A DNA stretch of 63,025 nt, counting the filler, from Lenisia limosa (lineage: Eukaryota > Protista > Breviatea), in the NCBI GenBank assembly GCA_001655205.1. It is 11 parts of 11 records of this genome, joined end to end, with 100 filler letters (N's around TTAATTAATTAA, not from the genome) between each part and the next. Parts side by side here need not be neighbours in the genome. Positions count along the whole stretch, not along the records: positions 1 to 20,790 come from LPNZ01000835.1; positions 20,891 to 22,307 come from LPNZ01006291.1; positions 22,408 to 26,085 come from LPNZ01001740.1; positions 26,186 to 29,744 come from LPNZ01010529.1; positions 29,845 to 46,824 come from LPNZ01009266.1; 6 more parts are not named here. One strand, written 5' to 3'. The translations under genes and the position numbers were made by a program. Of the stretch, positions 1 through 30,524 are shown one piece after another. A model generated the notes under the pieces. That model was not told the origin of the DNA, did not search any database, and saw only the letters and a program-made list of their open reading frames with translations. Position 1 is the stretch's first letter. Each line of letters begins with the position of its first letter.

Positions 1-1845
1 AGACACTACACAGCCTTTCCAAAATGGTAATCTGCCATGATTAGGGCTTCATTCTGGTTGTAATATATCAATAGTTTTCAACAATTTGTCGAGAAATTCT
101 GTCTTTTTTTTCCAAACAGAAGGGACCGCCAGTCATGAGTAGTCTTTAACATTCCAGTTTTCACGATCTTCTCCGTGAAAAAAGCGTCGACACTCCGCAT
201 CTCCACTGTACGTTTTAATTCACTTGATAATCTTCCTGCTGCTCCCGAACGCAAGGGCTTTGTAGCTGTAGAATGGAGTGGTATGCGCTTCTAATTTACC
301 CAAGGTTTGCTTTTGACACGGTTCTGATGAAGCTGACAGATATTATTTTCTCATCTATTTAGGATCGAATCTTCTCCAACATTCTTTGTAAAATGTTTCG
401 TCTATCTGTTGTATACAAGAATCATCAATGACCTCATTCTGCAATTATGGATGGTGGCTAGTTGTTGATAAGAAAACGATTTTGGGCGCAAATACTACTA
501 CTGTATCTTCCCCTCTGTTCTTTATTCACCAGTTGTCGAAACTGATATTTATCTACATCTACTGTAATAATCAAAATTGTTCTGCAGCCAGCACTTCTTC
601 TACCAATACCACTATTTTTTAAACAGCATAATTTGTTTTCAAACTTTTCGAGCAGGCTTTTTTAAAAAATATCTCAACATCTATGTTGATCGTTCTGACC
701 AAGGCTCCTTGGTTCTAGAGGAGTCAGAGCGTCGAGGTTTGTCCCAAGGCGGGTGTGTCCGTTTGGTCATAGTCATAGAGTTTTAATGCCAAGACATACA
801 TATAAATACATAGCAGATGAAGTTACGGCTTCTGCAGGTGAGTAGGGTTAAAATCCGTACTCTTTTCCTTGCCATACCCCTCTAATACCTCAAACTTTTA
901 GGATCGGAATCTGTAAATGTGAGGGTGGAATGGTATCGCTGCTCTCTGGCAATGAGGTGGGTATTTCAATATTGAATATGTTACATATTTAAAGAACCAT
1001 TAAAAGTGACTAATTGCGTTTCTTTTTTGGCACCACAGACCCTCTGCCGTAAAAGGACATTTATATGTCCCTCTTTCCAACCCGGTAACACCTACTTATA
1101 AGCCCGTAGTTATTCGAGGGGAATAATACACCCATGTTATTTACATCAACAGTGTTCTGATGTGTGGTTAATTTTCGAACATACGTTCACGTGCTAGTAG
1201 TAAATACATCTTATATGATATATAGTACGCATATGATTTATGTATCATATTACTCATTATATTAGAAGATTAGTATCTCTTCTTATTGTTATTTTGATAT
1301 TAATACTAACTCACGCCAACCCTTCACGGACTACATTGGTTTAAACGCACTGCACTGAATGTCTGGAAAACACAGTGACTGAATCCGACGATGCTACTTA
1401 AGCAGAACTTTGTGTCTGTGATGATGTTGGGGGTGTTTTTGATAATAAAAAAATAGCATTCAGATAATCAACTCCCATTACAAAAAAAATTACCCAACAA
1501 AATGCGATTAGTCACATCACTGCAGCTTAATTCAAGAGCGACGATCCTGACAAATGTGTCGTGAGGTTGATTTACTTCGTGTCATATTAGACATGTACCT
1601 CACATCTACTGTTTAAAATTTGTAGTAATATAACATGACGTAGATTTTTGAATTGAGAGATAAGTAATGGCAATTTATTCATTTTGAGTGAAAAAAACAG
1701 CATTTTGCAGAAAAAAAAGTTTTACATTTTACGTCCACGGCTTTCAAATGTGATAATTGACAGGTTATTTCACCTCTGGCCAAAATAAATAAAATGTATA
1801 GTATTTGAAAATAATGGAAAACAGGCAGTACAAATTCCAAAAAAA

Positions 1846-1937
1846 CTAATATTTGATGGGGCACCATTTGAGTTGATAATGGCCTGGCGACGACGTGGCA
1901 TGGAGTTGATTAGATCTTTAATTGCAAATGAAGGTAT
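1846..1937 (-). mobile_element. Tc1-like transposase C-terminal relic
   Basis: Minus strand reads IPSFAIKDLINSMPRRRQAIINSNGAPS, then (one-base slip) K-Y-stop, matching the Tc1 C-terminal pattern IP...LIxSMPRRxxAVIxAxGxxTKY*. No DDE core or TIR found nearby. Confidence 0.55.
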
Positions 1938-2664
1938 CTTAGTGAGATCAAAAGAAATGAAAACGCCAGATTCCACACAGGTATGACGGTATCATAACTG
2001 GCACGTGGTATTGGAAACTAAATTTGTCACAAAGTAGTACATTCTGATGCTTTTGGTTATTGTCGGGCTAGGAGCTCACCTAATTCGTCATGTTTTATGC
2101 AATCGTGAGGGAAATTCTCGAGACTGAGGAGGAGGTATGTGTCAAACCAAAAACTGTTGGTTTAATGTTCTTTTGGGCAACGCTCTGACTCCATTTTCAG
2201 GAAGAATCTGATGGTAAATACCATGGATAACAAGGAAAGTGAGGGACTTTCACACGTATCCAGTGGTGGCTATGCACTCAGGTTGGCTGTTAGAAAGTCA
2301 ATAATAAACTCACTGTTGTAGAGTTTGAAATATGCCATAATGTATACTGATGGTACAGGGTCTTCGTCAAGTAGTTCAGACAACGCTGCAGAAGATCAGG
2401 AGTTCCACACGTCCGAGTTCCCCAGCCGGAATACGGGTTAGTGGGTGGAGGCATAATGTAAATTCATATTACTCTTGAGATTTCTCATCAACACGTCTCC
2501 TTTTCTGACCCATATAGTGAAGTAGAGACCTTTGACGAGGAGGTGATAATTTAGATATGTTATTGTGGTTTTGTAAATAGTATATAGATATGTATAATAG
2601 AAGAAAAATGTGACAAAATTAAGCATTAAATACTAGAAATACATTTCACCATTGGGGCCACAAA

Positions 2665-20665
<18,001 letters not shown>

Positions 20666-20790
20666 CTGAAAATGTTAGGATTGGTTATCTTGAATAAAAC
20701 ACCTCATTGTGACAATACAAATTGCCTTTAAATTACCATCAACCTGAACTACCAAAATAGAAAGTTTCAGAAAAAACAGGCTTAGCCACA

Positions 20791-20890
20791 NNNNNNNNNN
20801 NNNNNNNNNNNNNNNNNNNNNNNNNNNNNNNNNNTTAATTAATTAANNNNNNNNNNNNNNNNNNNNNNNNNNNNNNNNNNNNNNNNNNNN
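20791..20890. other. Artificial 100-bp contig-joining spacer (first of ten)
   Basis: 44 N + TTAATTAATTAA + 44 N; the same 12-mer lies at about 22352, 26130, 29789, 46869, 48160, 54547, 57152, 58731 and 61664; it gives stops in all six frames. Confidence 0.97.
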
Positions 20891-20985
20891 TATTTTGGGC
20901 TTTTTGGGCTTTTTTTGTTTTATAAATTCTCTAATTTCACTCTCACCCCCTCACACACGCGCCTCTTCTCCCTGCACTAATTCAG

Positions 20986-21995
20986 TTTTTAGCATTGCTC
21001 CACTCGCCATTTGCTGGGACGTCTCCGTTCGCTCCATCGCCCCTCAATCCCAACAACCAGGTATTTGCGGTGGTGTTCTTTTCGTAAAGAACAAGGTAGT
21101 ATGAAAAATCCGATATTTTTCTCGCTTTATCGGGAAAGTATAGAAGTCTTATGATTAAGTGAGGGTTATTGAGGGATAAAAATAAAACTACTTATTACTA
21201 TTCACAATTGCTTATTACCTTATTTTGTATGTCTCATTGATATACTATTCATATTTGCTGTTATTACTCACAAATTTTCTATTTGGCCTGCACTTTGTTT
21301 TGTTGTTATCGTGTGTTGTCAGCCAAAGAGTTGATTTGGGCTTTTTTGTTTCAGAAATTGTCCAATCTTNNNNNNNNNNNNNNNNNNNNNNNNNNNNNNN
21401 NNNNNNNNNNNNNNNNNNNNNNNNNNNNNNNNNNNNNNNNNNNNNNNNNNNNNNNNNNNNNNNNNNNNNNNNNNNNNNNNNNNNNNNNNNNNNNNNCTGC
21501 CTCGGGGCTTGAGAAGGACACTCTTTCTGCCGCTCTCCAGGTATAGTTTTTAATTATTTAATTAAAACCTAGAGAATAGTACATGAGAATGGTACAGCAA
21601 ATTCTGTACCTACACTTGAGGTATTATTTGCCTCTTTGGCAGGACAGTTTAGGCACCCTCCATTTCACATTACAGTTATTCCTCTAATCCCCCCTCACCA
21701 TTTAATTCTAATACCCATTTTATTCTACAGTTATGCTTTTTCATTATACTATTAAAGTTCTTTTTCGAATATTACAGTTAACATGTCTTTGTATTCTTTT
21801 AACAACACAGTTAATATGTCTTTGTATTCAAATAACAACACAGTTAATATGCCGTAGTATTCTAATAAGAATGCATTTAGGCCTAATATTAAAGTTATGC
21901 GATTTTTATTCTTATACTATTACAGTTATGCCTGCCATTCGGTAACGCCGCTGTCACGCATGATAATATGCCGTCCACTCCAGGAAGCTCAAGAG
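20986..21995 (+). CDS. Fragments of an unidentified spliced gene
   Basis: GC-richer segments bounded by AG/GT: 20986-21060, about 21498-21541 (ASGLEKDTLSAALQ), about 21926-21994 (LCLPFGNAAVTHDNMPSTPGSSR); family A copies in + orientation precede them. No family recognised. Confidence 0.4.
21772..21850. repeat. Minisatellite, about 3 units of acagttaa(c/t)atgtctttgtattc
   Basis: Direct repeats visible in sequence. Confidence 0.8.
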
Positions 21996-22171
21996 TGGGG
22001 GGGGGGGGGGNNNNNNNNNNNNNNNNNNNNNNNNNNNNNNNNNNNNNNNNNNNNNNNNNNNNNNNNNNNNNNNNNNNNNNNNNNNNNNNNNNNNNNNNNN
22101 NNNNNNNNNNNNNNNNNNNNNNNNNTTCTGATAAATCATAGATATATTCTATTCCGATAAATCATTTACCA

Positions 22172-22292
22172 CGGTGCTGCAAAAGTGACTCGTCTGGGCT
22201 TTGTTTGTTTCGTTGTTATCAACTCTTGTGTTATCTGTTGAATTTGGCTCTTTTTTTTTGTTTCATAAATTTTCCAATTTTCCTACCCCCTC
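22172..22292 (+). mobile_element. Family A element, near full-length copy
   Basis: cggtgctgcaaaagtgactcgtctgggctttgtttg...tttcataaattttccaattttcctaccccctcc matches the consensus from other copies. Confidence 0.8.
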
Positions 22293-22633
22293 CTTGTTTT
22301 GTTTACCNNNNNNNNNNNNNNNNNNNNNNNNNNNNNNNNNNNNNNNNNNNNTTAATTAATTAANNNNNNNNNNNNNNNNNNNNNNNNNNNNNNNNNNNNN
22401 NNNNNNNAGGTTCGTGATCAGTAACTAATTTTCCACAAAATTGTTCATCGGAATTTCCTTCGTTTTCCCCCTCCCCCCCTTCACACAATCCACTCATAAA
22501 TATCATATTACCCAAAAAATTTTTTATGTACTGCATCCATAAATTAGAACCACCATTGCACTTCATCAAAGCTAATACCTCTATCAAGCAGTCTGGGCTT
22601 TGTTTTGTTTAATACTACTACACCCCCCTCCAC

Positions 22634-23584
22634 CTTGCCACCATTGAACGCGAACGCAAGACCGGTCACGTCAAATCGATCCAGCGCAGATACCACCCGC
22701 GATATTGCTGCTGCAGACTGAGGGGAGGAGTGAAATTGGAAAATTTATGAAACAAAAAAAAGCCCAAATCAAATCTGTTGGCTGACAACACACGAGGGTT
22801 GATAACAACAAAACAAACAAGCCCAGGCCAGCCTCATAAAGCGAAGGAAATTTCGTAAAAATGATGAATTTGGTGAGGAGGGGGGGGGGGCAATAAATCA
22901 TCACTAAATCCTCGATAATTCATCTCGATAACGATTTGAGTTGCAATCCTCAGTGCCTATAAAATTCCTCGCACTTTTTCCGCTACCGAAGGGCTCTTGG
23001 CGAAAATGTGGTTGAGCTCTATGAGTGTGGGTGGAACGTGGAAATAACGGCAAAAGACCTGAAACCATGAAAATATTTGAAAATAATATGAATGTAGTAA
23101 AATCATGATGCAAATATTGAAAATATTATGAAAATGGATGTTAAGGAATATATATGCAAAGTGCGTTAAATTTATATAAATGAAAATGGTTTTAATGAGT
23201 ACTTTGCGTGTATGTTGTTATTCCACTCTATCCGTATATTCTGGTTAAAAGTGAACTCCCTCTGTACCCCCTAAAAAATATCTGCAAGACACCACAGTAA
23301 GGGGCAAGGTCAAGGGGAATAATGTTTATTAATCTTAGACATATGAGCCTTCGTGACTAACATCCCTCATGATTATCATTGTTTCATAGGATCATTCGTA
23401 AAACCCCCAACAGATTAATACAATCGATACTCATAACAAACCAGATTTGACCCCTTAGCACCCCTCTTACCCCAGCAGTGTCATCACTCATGCATCCTGC
23501 GGGGGAGATTGGTCGGGATGGCGAGGCAACGAGAGTCGGAGGAAGGTCAGAGGGGATCGTTAAAAGAGGAGGGGCGGCCTTCAT
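22634..23584 (-). CDS. FLAD1: FAD synthase (PAPS-reductase family), 5' fragment truncated by spacer
   Basis: Exons splice in frame to ...SPSVAEK|SAAAISRVVSALDRFDVTGLAFAFNGGK, aligning without gaps to FAD synthase 'KKVAGALQTIETSLAQY...GFNGGKDC'. The continuation exon was not found. Confidence 0.68.
22718..22833 (-). mobile_element. Family A element forming the intron acceptor in the FAD synthase gene
   Basis: ggcctgggcttgtttg...gtcagccaacagatttgatttgggc...cactcctcccctcAG abuts the exon SAAAISR. Confidence 0.85.
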
Positions 23585-24136
23585 GATGTGCCTCCAGCTA
23601 ACGACCAAATAAAGGGTGCAAAGAAGGAGCGTGAGGAAACAGGTGTAGCGAAGCGTCTTGGCGGTCAAAAGAGCTGCTGTAGCAGCCTCAGACACCGATT
23701 ACTCTGAGAGAACAGGAAAGGTAAGACACGGTTTGGGCCGAGCTTTGTTTTCTTAGAATAAATAATTAATAAAATCTTAATTCAGCCCTAATAACACAGA
23801 CGCAAGGCCTGGTCAAAGAAAGAGGGATCCGAAAAGTGGACTCTAATAGGACTTTGGTACCTTTAAACAATATAATTTCGGATTTTAATTAAAACAGGCA
23901 CATATCGAATTAATGAATTTTTTTCCACTTTTCAAAACATACGTATCATATTTTAATTTCGTAATTTTTTAAATATGAACTGAACTGGGTCACCTATTTT
24001 TGCTTTATCTTTGCAAAATTCTTTCGAATGGTCCTTTTCCCGTGACTGTAAGGTTAGTAATGTAGTGCTTTTGGTGTTTTAGAAAGTTTTTATTTCGTCT
24101 AACGTCTTCTATACGACCAAGTGTTTTACATTTCAG

Positions 24137-24761
24137 ATGCCTCACTCATTCGGTTTCCGTGCCCGTACTCGCAAGCTCTTTGCTCGCCCCTTCCGTGCCC
24201 ATGGTCTCCCCAAGGTCTCCACCTACCTTACTCAGTTCAAGATCGGAGACTATGTTGACGTTAAGGGCAACGGTGCCGTCCAGAAGGGTTTGCGGGGGAA
24301 ATAATAGCAGATAGAGCACACTGATGATGTTCTCCATTCATTGTTCTCCAGGTATGCCTTTCAAGTACTACCATGGCCGTACTGGTCGCGTCTGGAACGT
24401 CAGCCAACGTGCTGTCGGTGTTGAGGTCAACAAGCAAGTTGGTGGACGCATCATGAAGAAGCGTTTCCACGTCCGTCTCGAGGTTTGTGGGGACTAGTGA
24501 ACGATTTTCGTTCAATTTTATATTTCGCTTGCTGATTCATATTTCCTCTTTTTTAACCATTTGTAGCACGTTAAGCCTTCTCACTGCCGCTCTGCTTTCC
24601 TTGAGCGCATTAAGAAGAACAACGAGCTTCTTTCCGCTGCCAAGAAGGAGGGCAAGACCATCTGTGTCAAGCGTCTCCCTGCCCAGCCTAAGGAGGGCAA
24701 GTTCGTCAAGGGCCGTGAGGCTGAGATCATCCAGCAGATCCCCTACGAGTTCATCGCATAA
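24137..24761 (+). CDS. RPL21: 60S ribosomal protein L21 (3 exons: 24137-24287, 24352-24482, 24567-24761)
   Basis: [19 protein letters not shown]...[33 protein letters not shown]...[16 protein letters not shown]...PYEFIA*; GT-AG introns; strong codon bias. Confidence 0.98.
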
Positions 24762-24929
24762 ACGTATCCTTCCTCTTGATACACATCCAGTCGCGAACCC
24801 AGAGTTTTTCATTGGGCTTTTTTGTTGTGTTTGAATTATGAAACAGTATTATCATATTCCCCAGGTATTCTCTTAGTTAATAGCGATTGGAATATCCTGT
24901 TGTTCTCGCTGGTTAACTCCTCTTGCGCA

Positions 24930-25830
24930 TGTCTTCATTCATAAAGCTTCTCGCTGTCTCTGCAATCTTTATCATGATGTTTATCATGGACAGTCGGAGT
25001 ATGATCTAGTGATCTGAAATTCTCTTCTTGGCATTTTTTCCTTGCCCCCTCCTCTTATTCACCGTGTCAGAACAGTGTAAATAATTTGATCCCCACTAAG
25101 GACACAGCCAAATTGAGCCAAAGATCTCATCCAACCAAATAACTGTAGATCCGGGGGCATATCCTTCAGCCACAAAGAAAGCCTTTCATCCCTCCCCTTC
25201 CAGTTGCCCTCCCATTCCTGTTTATAGTTATAACCCTGTTGCCTTCTCATCCAACAATGAGGCATTCATGACCCGGAGGAGAAGAATGATTTAAAGGTCG
25301 CCCGAATATACCTTCCCTGCAGAATGGTAGGATCTGCAAAAGTCCGAGTGAAGGACTCGAAGAAACAAGTCTCGGAATCCAAAGTCACGGTACGCTGGTT
25401 TTAGGAAGAATATCATATCACAATGTCCATTTGCTTGTTATAATTGTATTGTCTAAAAAAAGAAATCGAGGTATCGTTGAAGTTCAATAAATGGACACTG
25501 TATAAATCTTAACTAGCTTATGTATCATTGTTTTATTATGGTACGCTTTGTTTTAGGCAAGAAATATTATTTTACAGTGACCGGGATAAGTCTTGACTGA
25601 TTTGCTCTTTGATTTCCAAAGGACAATCGGTCAAGACTTATCCCGATCTCTGTTTGACTCTGTGCAGTTTCAAAAATGTAGTGGGATATATGCACTTGCC
25701 GCATTTCATTTAGTTATTGCTCAGGGGCCTTTCTCAGGTCACCTCTGAATCTTTTCAACGGATCTCGATTATTGTTTCTTTATCAGGAAGACCCGTCGTA
25801 TACCGAGAATTTGAGCCAATTTAGGCTTGT
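24930..25830 (+). CDS. Possible unidentified spliced gene (strand and frame not resolved)
   Basis: GC-richer blocks with plausible splice sites, a signal-peptide-like MSSFIKLLAVSAIFIMMF and HDPEEKNDLKVARIYLPCRMVG; no consistent open exon chain obtained. Confidence 0.25.
25574..25652. mobile_element. Family C Tc1/mariner-type MITE
   Basis: TA|CAGTGACCGGGATAAGTCTTGAC...GTCAAGACTTATCCCG; near-perfect hairpin; similar copies at 50986, 51445, 53964 and 56271. Confidence 0.85.
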
Positions 25831-26184
25831 CTAAAAATGTGGTGGCTCTTTAAAAAAACGTCTGTAGTTGCAAAATTTACCTTTTATTTTTTCATTTTTC
25901 ATAAAAATACCACTTTTACCACTTTTTATTTTTAAACTACAGACGCTACTGCTACCCCCTTTTTAGATGAGCTGGAATTTGTCCTATTCATGAATGTATT
26001 ATATGTAGATACTCGATAGATCTCTCCATATTACCCCTTCTGTTTGTCTAACCCCCTACCCCCAAATAGGCTTTGTTTGTTTTGTNNNNNNNNNNNNNNN
26101 NNNNNNNNNNNNNNNNNNNNNNNNNNNNNTTAATTAATTAANNNNNNNNNNNNNNNNNNNNNNNNNNNNNNNNNNNNNNNNNNN

Positions 26185-29100
26185 NTCAGTCAGATCCGAG
26201 GAGGAAAGAGACATCGAAACGTCCTCGCTCCTATGGGGTTGGTAAGGATTAAATTGACGGGGTAAATGGAAAAGTCATGAAACAAAAGTAATCCAGAATA
26301 CGGTTTCACTCGGTCAGAAAAAAGATTGAATTACTCAAAAAAACCTCTAAAAATAACGATATTTTACTGGTCTTTTTCGGACTAATTTAAGTCCCTTGCT
26401 GTCTGAAAAAGACTAATAAAATATATCGTTATTTATCGAATGTTTTTTCAAACTTATTATACAACAGCACAAATCCCTTGACACCCACGGTGTGATCGGC
26501 AGTTGGATGTGGAAGACCTTCTCCGTACCGGCTTCAGAAGTGACCATTTCAGTGGCAGGGGTCACCAGGGGGTATGGGCAAACCTGATAGTCAGAAGGAA
26601 ATTATTGGCTTAATGCTGTCCTCATATGGAATGTTGTTGAGAATGGTTGACCTTTCATCATAACAACCCATTCCATATCATTGTTAAAGCCCCACACTCC
26701 CTCATTGTTACCACAAAATCGCTAAGCCAATATACTCGTTTTTGGGAGGTCCAAACTTCTTAAAAACAGCACCAAACAACGACCAGGAACATTTAAAAGT
26801 GTCTCAGAGACATTTAATTTTGAACATTGTTGACACAAAGGCAAACAACGGTTGACCAAAGCTCTTGATTTTGGCTCCCCANNNNNNNNNNNNNNNNNNN
26901 NNNNNNNNNNNNNNNNNNNNNNNNNNNNNNNNNNNNNNNNNNNNNNNNNNNNNNNNNNNNNNNNNNNNNNNNNNNNNNNNNNNNNNNNNNNNNNNNNNNN
27001 NNNNNNNNNNNNNNNNNNNNNNNNNNNNNNNNNNNNNNNNNNNNNNNNNNNNNNNNNNNNNNNNNNNNNNNNNNNNNNNNNNNTATTAGAATATGGAGCA
27101 TTTAACCAAAGCCGTATGAGTGACTATCACGTTTTGGAGTTCAAAGAAAGAAGCCGTAAGATTAAACTTGATAGGAGACCGTTAAAGATGATAAAATATA
27201 ATATTACACAGTATTGGGGTACTGTGTAATATTATATTTTATCATCTACCTCCCCCCCCCCCNNNNNNNNNNNNNNNNNNNNNNNNNNNNNNNNNNNNNN
27301 NNNNNNNNNNNNNNNNNNNNNNNNNNNNNNNNNNNNNNNNNNNNNNNNNNNNNNNNNNNNNNNNNNNNNNNNNNNNNNNAGACGAAGAGAAAATCCATAA
27401 TTAAAACTCCTTACCAAGTATAGAATATTCTCTAAAGCTGGGTGCTTCAATTTCTTACTTTCATGAAATAGCAGCGGTTTGAACCAAAACCCACATTGAA
27501 AATGAAGTGGACTGATATGGACCGTCCGTGTCGCCCTCCCAGCAGTATCGACTGCCACTACACCATCCACACCCGCTGGTTGCCTTGCACTGTACACACT
27601 GAGGGGTTAGAGGCAATGTAGATTCACCTGTTCTAGTGTCCATCGTATGACGCTATCATATTATATAAAATAGCAATGAGAAATAAAAAATAAAGTTGAA
27701 TCTAGCCAAAGTCTCCACACCATCACGCATATAAGAGATATTGAACCACAGTAGTTTTAGTAGTAATAGCTACGATTTCTCTTCGGTTACAAAAAGAAAG
27801 ACCGGGTTTAATCAATTATTTAGTTCGATGTCAAAAGTGAATGCAGATGTAGCACAAATACTCTCCATGCTAGGAGTAATAAACCGGAGTGAAACCCTAC
27901 TATCCCCACAGTAGTTTTAGTAGTACATGTCGGGCATGTTGAGCCCTGTCCGAACCAAGTCCCCGTAGGACATGTATGGGAGGCAAGAAGAGGACCACTA
28001 TCGTCGACATTCGCCCGGACACAAGCCTGATGCCCCGAGCACCTAGGGGGGGGGGTAATTGGAAAATTTATGAAAAAAAAAGCCCAAAATCAAAATCAAC
28101 TCTGTTGGCGGACAACATACGAGGGTTGATAACATCAACACAAACAAAGCCNNNNNNNNNNNNNNNNNNNNNNNNNNNNNNNNNNNNNNNNNNNNNNNNN
28201 NNNNNNNNNNNNNNNCATAGTAGTAATGTAGTATTTAATGAAATAATAATAATAAAAAAACTCTTTGCCCCTCTCACCATCCACAAATTGAGTCAGCGAT
28301 GCAAGACGCACAATCAGTGTAAGCACAGAGGGGTCCAACACCCCAGTTGCCGGACACCTTGGAAGTAATTATTGGTGAGATTTGGAAAATCGGCTTTAGA
28401 TTAAGGTCGATGATGGGAAATATCGCTCTATAGTGACCCCCCAAATCATATTATAACATTAGCTCCCAAATCATACCTGGGCAGTGCCCGAGCCAGGAAG
28501 GGACGTTACATCGGCGTTATAGAGGATGGTCCCAGTGACCGTGGCAGATAGGGGATTGGAGCCTCCAATAACGGGTGCAGTTCCTGGGGGTGAGGTGAAA
28601 GAAGAGTAAAGCTGAATATAAGGATCTCTAGAAATGAGAAATATGTATGCTGTAATACCACCACGTTTATGATATGATATAATACATGACAATGTACACA
28701 TGATATGTATTCATGTATATGTGTACAAGGGTAATATGTATATAACATGACACGTTATCATAGAGAAAAGAAAAAGGAGTAATTGACCTGAGCTTACCAA
28801 CAAGTCCTCCGATGGTGATGGTGAGAGATACGCCGTCTGACGCCCACGTGCCTGTGGCAGCTGGGAGGGGGGGGGGATGGTAACTTCGAAAATTTATGAA
28901 GCGTAGTAAATTGGAAACTCAATCTACTGTTTTTGAATTAATAGACAAAGATAAACAGAACCCTAAGATAACACAAAGTATAAGTTGCGCCCTCGCCCAC
29001 ATGTAGCCAAAGGAGACGACCACGAGAACAGAGCGTTGAGTTCGGCGATGTTGGATGCTGCGGGTTTGTTTGTCGCCTCCGAGAACGTCAACACCAGAAG

Positions 29101-29744
29101 GTCCCCTAAATGTTCAGATATTTTATTGCATGCTTATTCCAAAAGAATAAATAAAAAAAATCATATACTTAAAATACACATAGAGCAAAACAAAAAGTTC
29201 ATCCAAATATAAAACAAAAAACAAGACTAGTGTCCTCTCAATGCTATGCTCTCCCGTTTTGTCAAACCCCACTTTTACAGATCCCTCCCCCGACCCTAAC
29301 CAGGTCCCCCGACCCTAACCAAGTACCCACCTGTGCCGTAAGCTGAGTCGAGCTCATCCGGGTCGGACGCCACAATGGTGGTTAGGACCGGTCCGGGCAA
29401 AGTACCGAAATCTCCTGTTAGTGGGGGGGACACGGCAAGTGACACCAGGCTGCAGGGGTAAAAATTATTGAATAGTGTAGTACTGGTCAAGAACTGAAAA
29501 ATAAAACAGATTTTCATGAAAAACACTCTCAAATTAACCAAAGAACATTTTGGTCACATCTATGAACAAAAGAACACTCCACCCCCAACCTGGTGACCGC
29601 GGCGTTCTTCAGGCCCCAAGCCTCATTTACAGTGACAGTGGTGGAGCCGTTGACAAGGGGGTTGCTTGCGTCCAGGGTCACAATCGTAACCGCCAACTGC
29701 GTAACTGACAGCCACGTGCATGCTGAATGGTTATGTTGTCATGG
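26185..29744 (-). CDS. Modular cell-surface protein with PSI domains and beta-rich repeat modules (partial, between spacers)
   Basis: Exons encode CAYTDCASCIADSICGWCSGHQAC and CVQCKATSGCGWCSGSRYCWEGDTDGP (PSI), TTIVASDPDELDSAYGTGDLLVLTFSEATNKP...GTWASDGVSLTITI, and VTSEAGTEKVFHIQLPITPSEDVSMSLSSSDLT. Confidence 0.75.
26293..26399. mobile_element. Family D MITE, diverged copy
   Basis: ggtttcactcggtcagaaaaaagattgaattactc...gatattttactggtctttttcggac resembles 62798-62897. Confidence 0.65.
28043..28151 (-). mobile_element. Family A element forming an acceptor in the PSI-protein gene
   Basis: Consensus match ending ...ttccaattacccccccccctAG directly before exon CSGHQAC. Confidence 0.85.
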
Positions 29745-30524
29745 NNNNNNNNNNNNNNNNNNNNNNNNNNNNNNNNNNNNNNNNNNNNTTAATTAATTAA
29801 NNNNNNNNNNNNNNNNNNNNNNNNNNNNNNNNNNNNNNNNNNNNTGCCGGGGGTGGGGGAGGACAAGACAATTTCGTAAATATAACAGAAAAATAACTAA
29901 TAAAACCTTTTCGAGAGAAAACCTAGCTCCTTCCCTCCTTCTCCCCTAGTAGATTAGTAGTCTGAGATTAGTCAGAGCTGAGTTAGAGAGAAAAGGTGGA
30001 GTGGAGGAACTCAATGAACGTCAAGCATTGGAGTACCATTAAGTTGTGAGTCAAACACCATATCATTTCGTCACCTTATTTTCATGGGGTTCTTTTGGGT
30101 GATTGAAGGAACACTATCGGATTATATTTGTGGTGTTCCCAGAATTTGACTGATTGCCCAAAACCATTCAAAAAATATTGTCAGTCTCAATGTTGTGAGT
30201 TGAATTCTGTCATGTTGTGCATAAATGATAAGTGTGGGTCTATTGGGCGTATTATTGTGTTGCCTGTTTCAAAATACAAAGTGTTAGGCAGAGCTGTATA
30301 TGCGCCCTGGTTCAGGGTCAGCAAAGTTCTTGGCAACGTTGTTATTATTGATTCTCGTGGTAACACATCATTAGATATAAAAAAACACTTGCTTATGAAG
30401 TTATTTCATCCCCTAATATTGTCTTGGTGTAATTTATATTGATATTGATTTTTTAATTCTGAAATTAAACTGGCACATTACTTGCCAGTAACTGTTTTGA
30501 CGCTTTATCTTACCCATTAGGACA

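Noticed and set aside
22560-22595. GGK-DC continuation exon for FAD synthase
   Set aside because: Splice phase does not fit and the segment resembles an inverted family A fragment.
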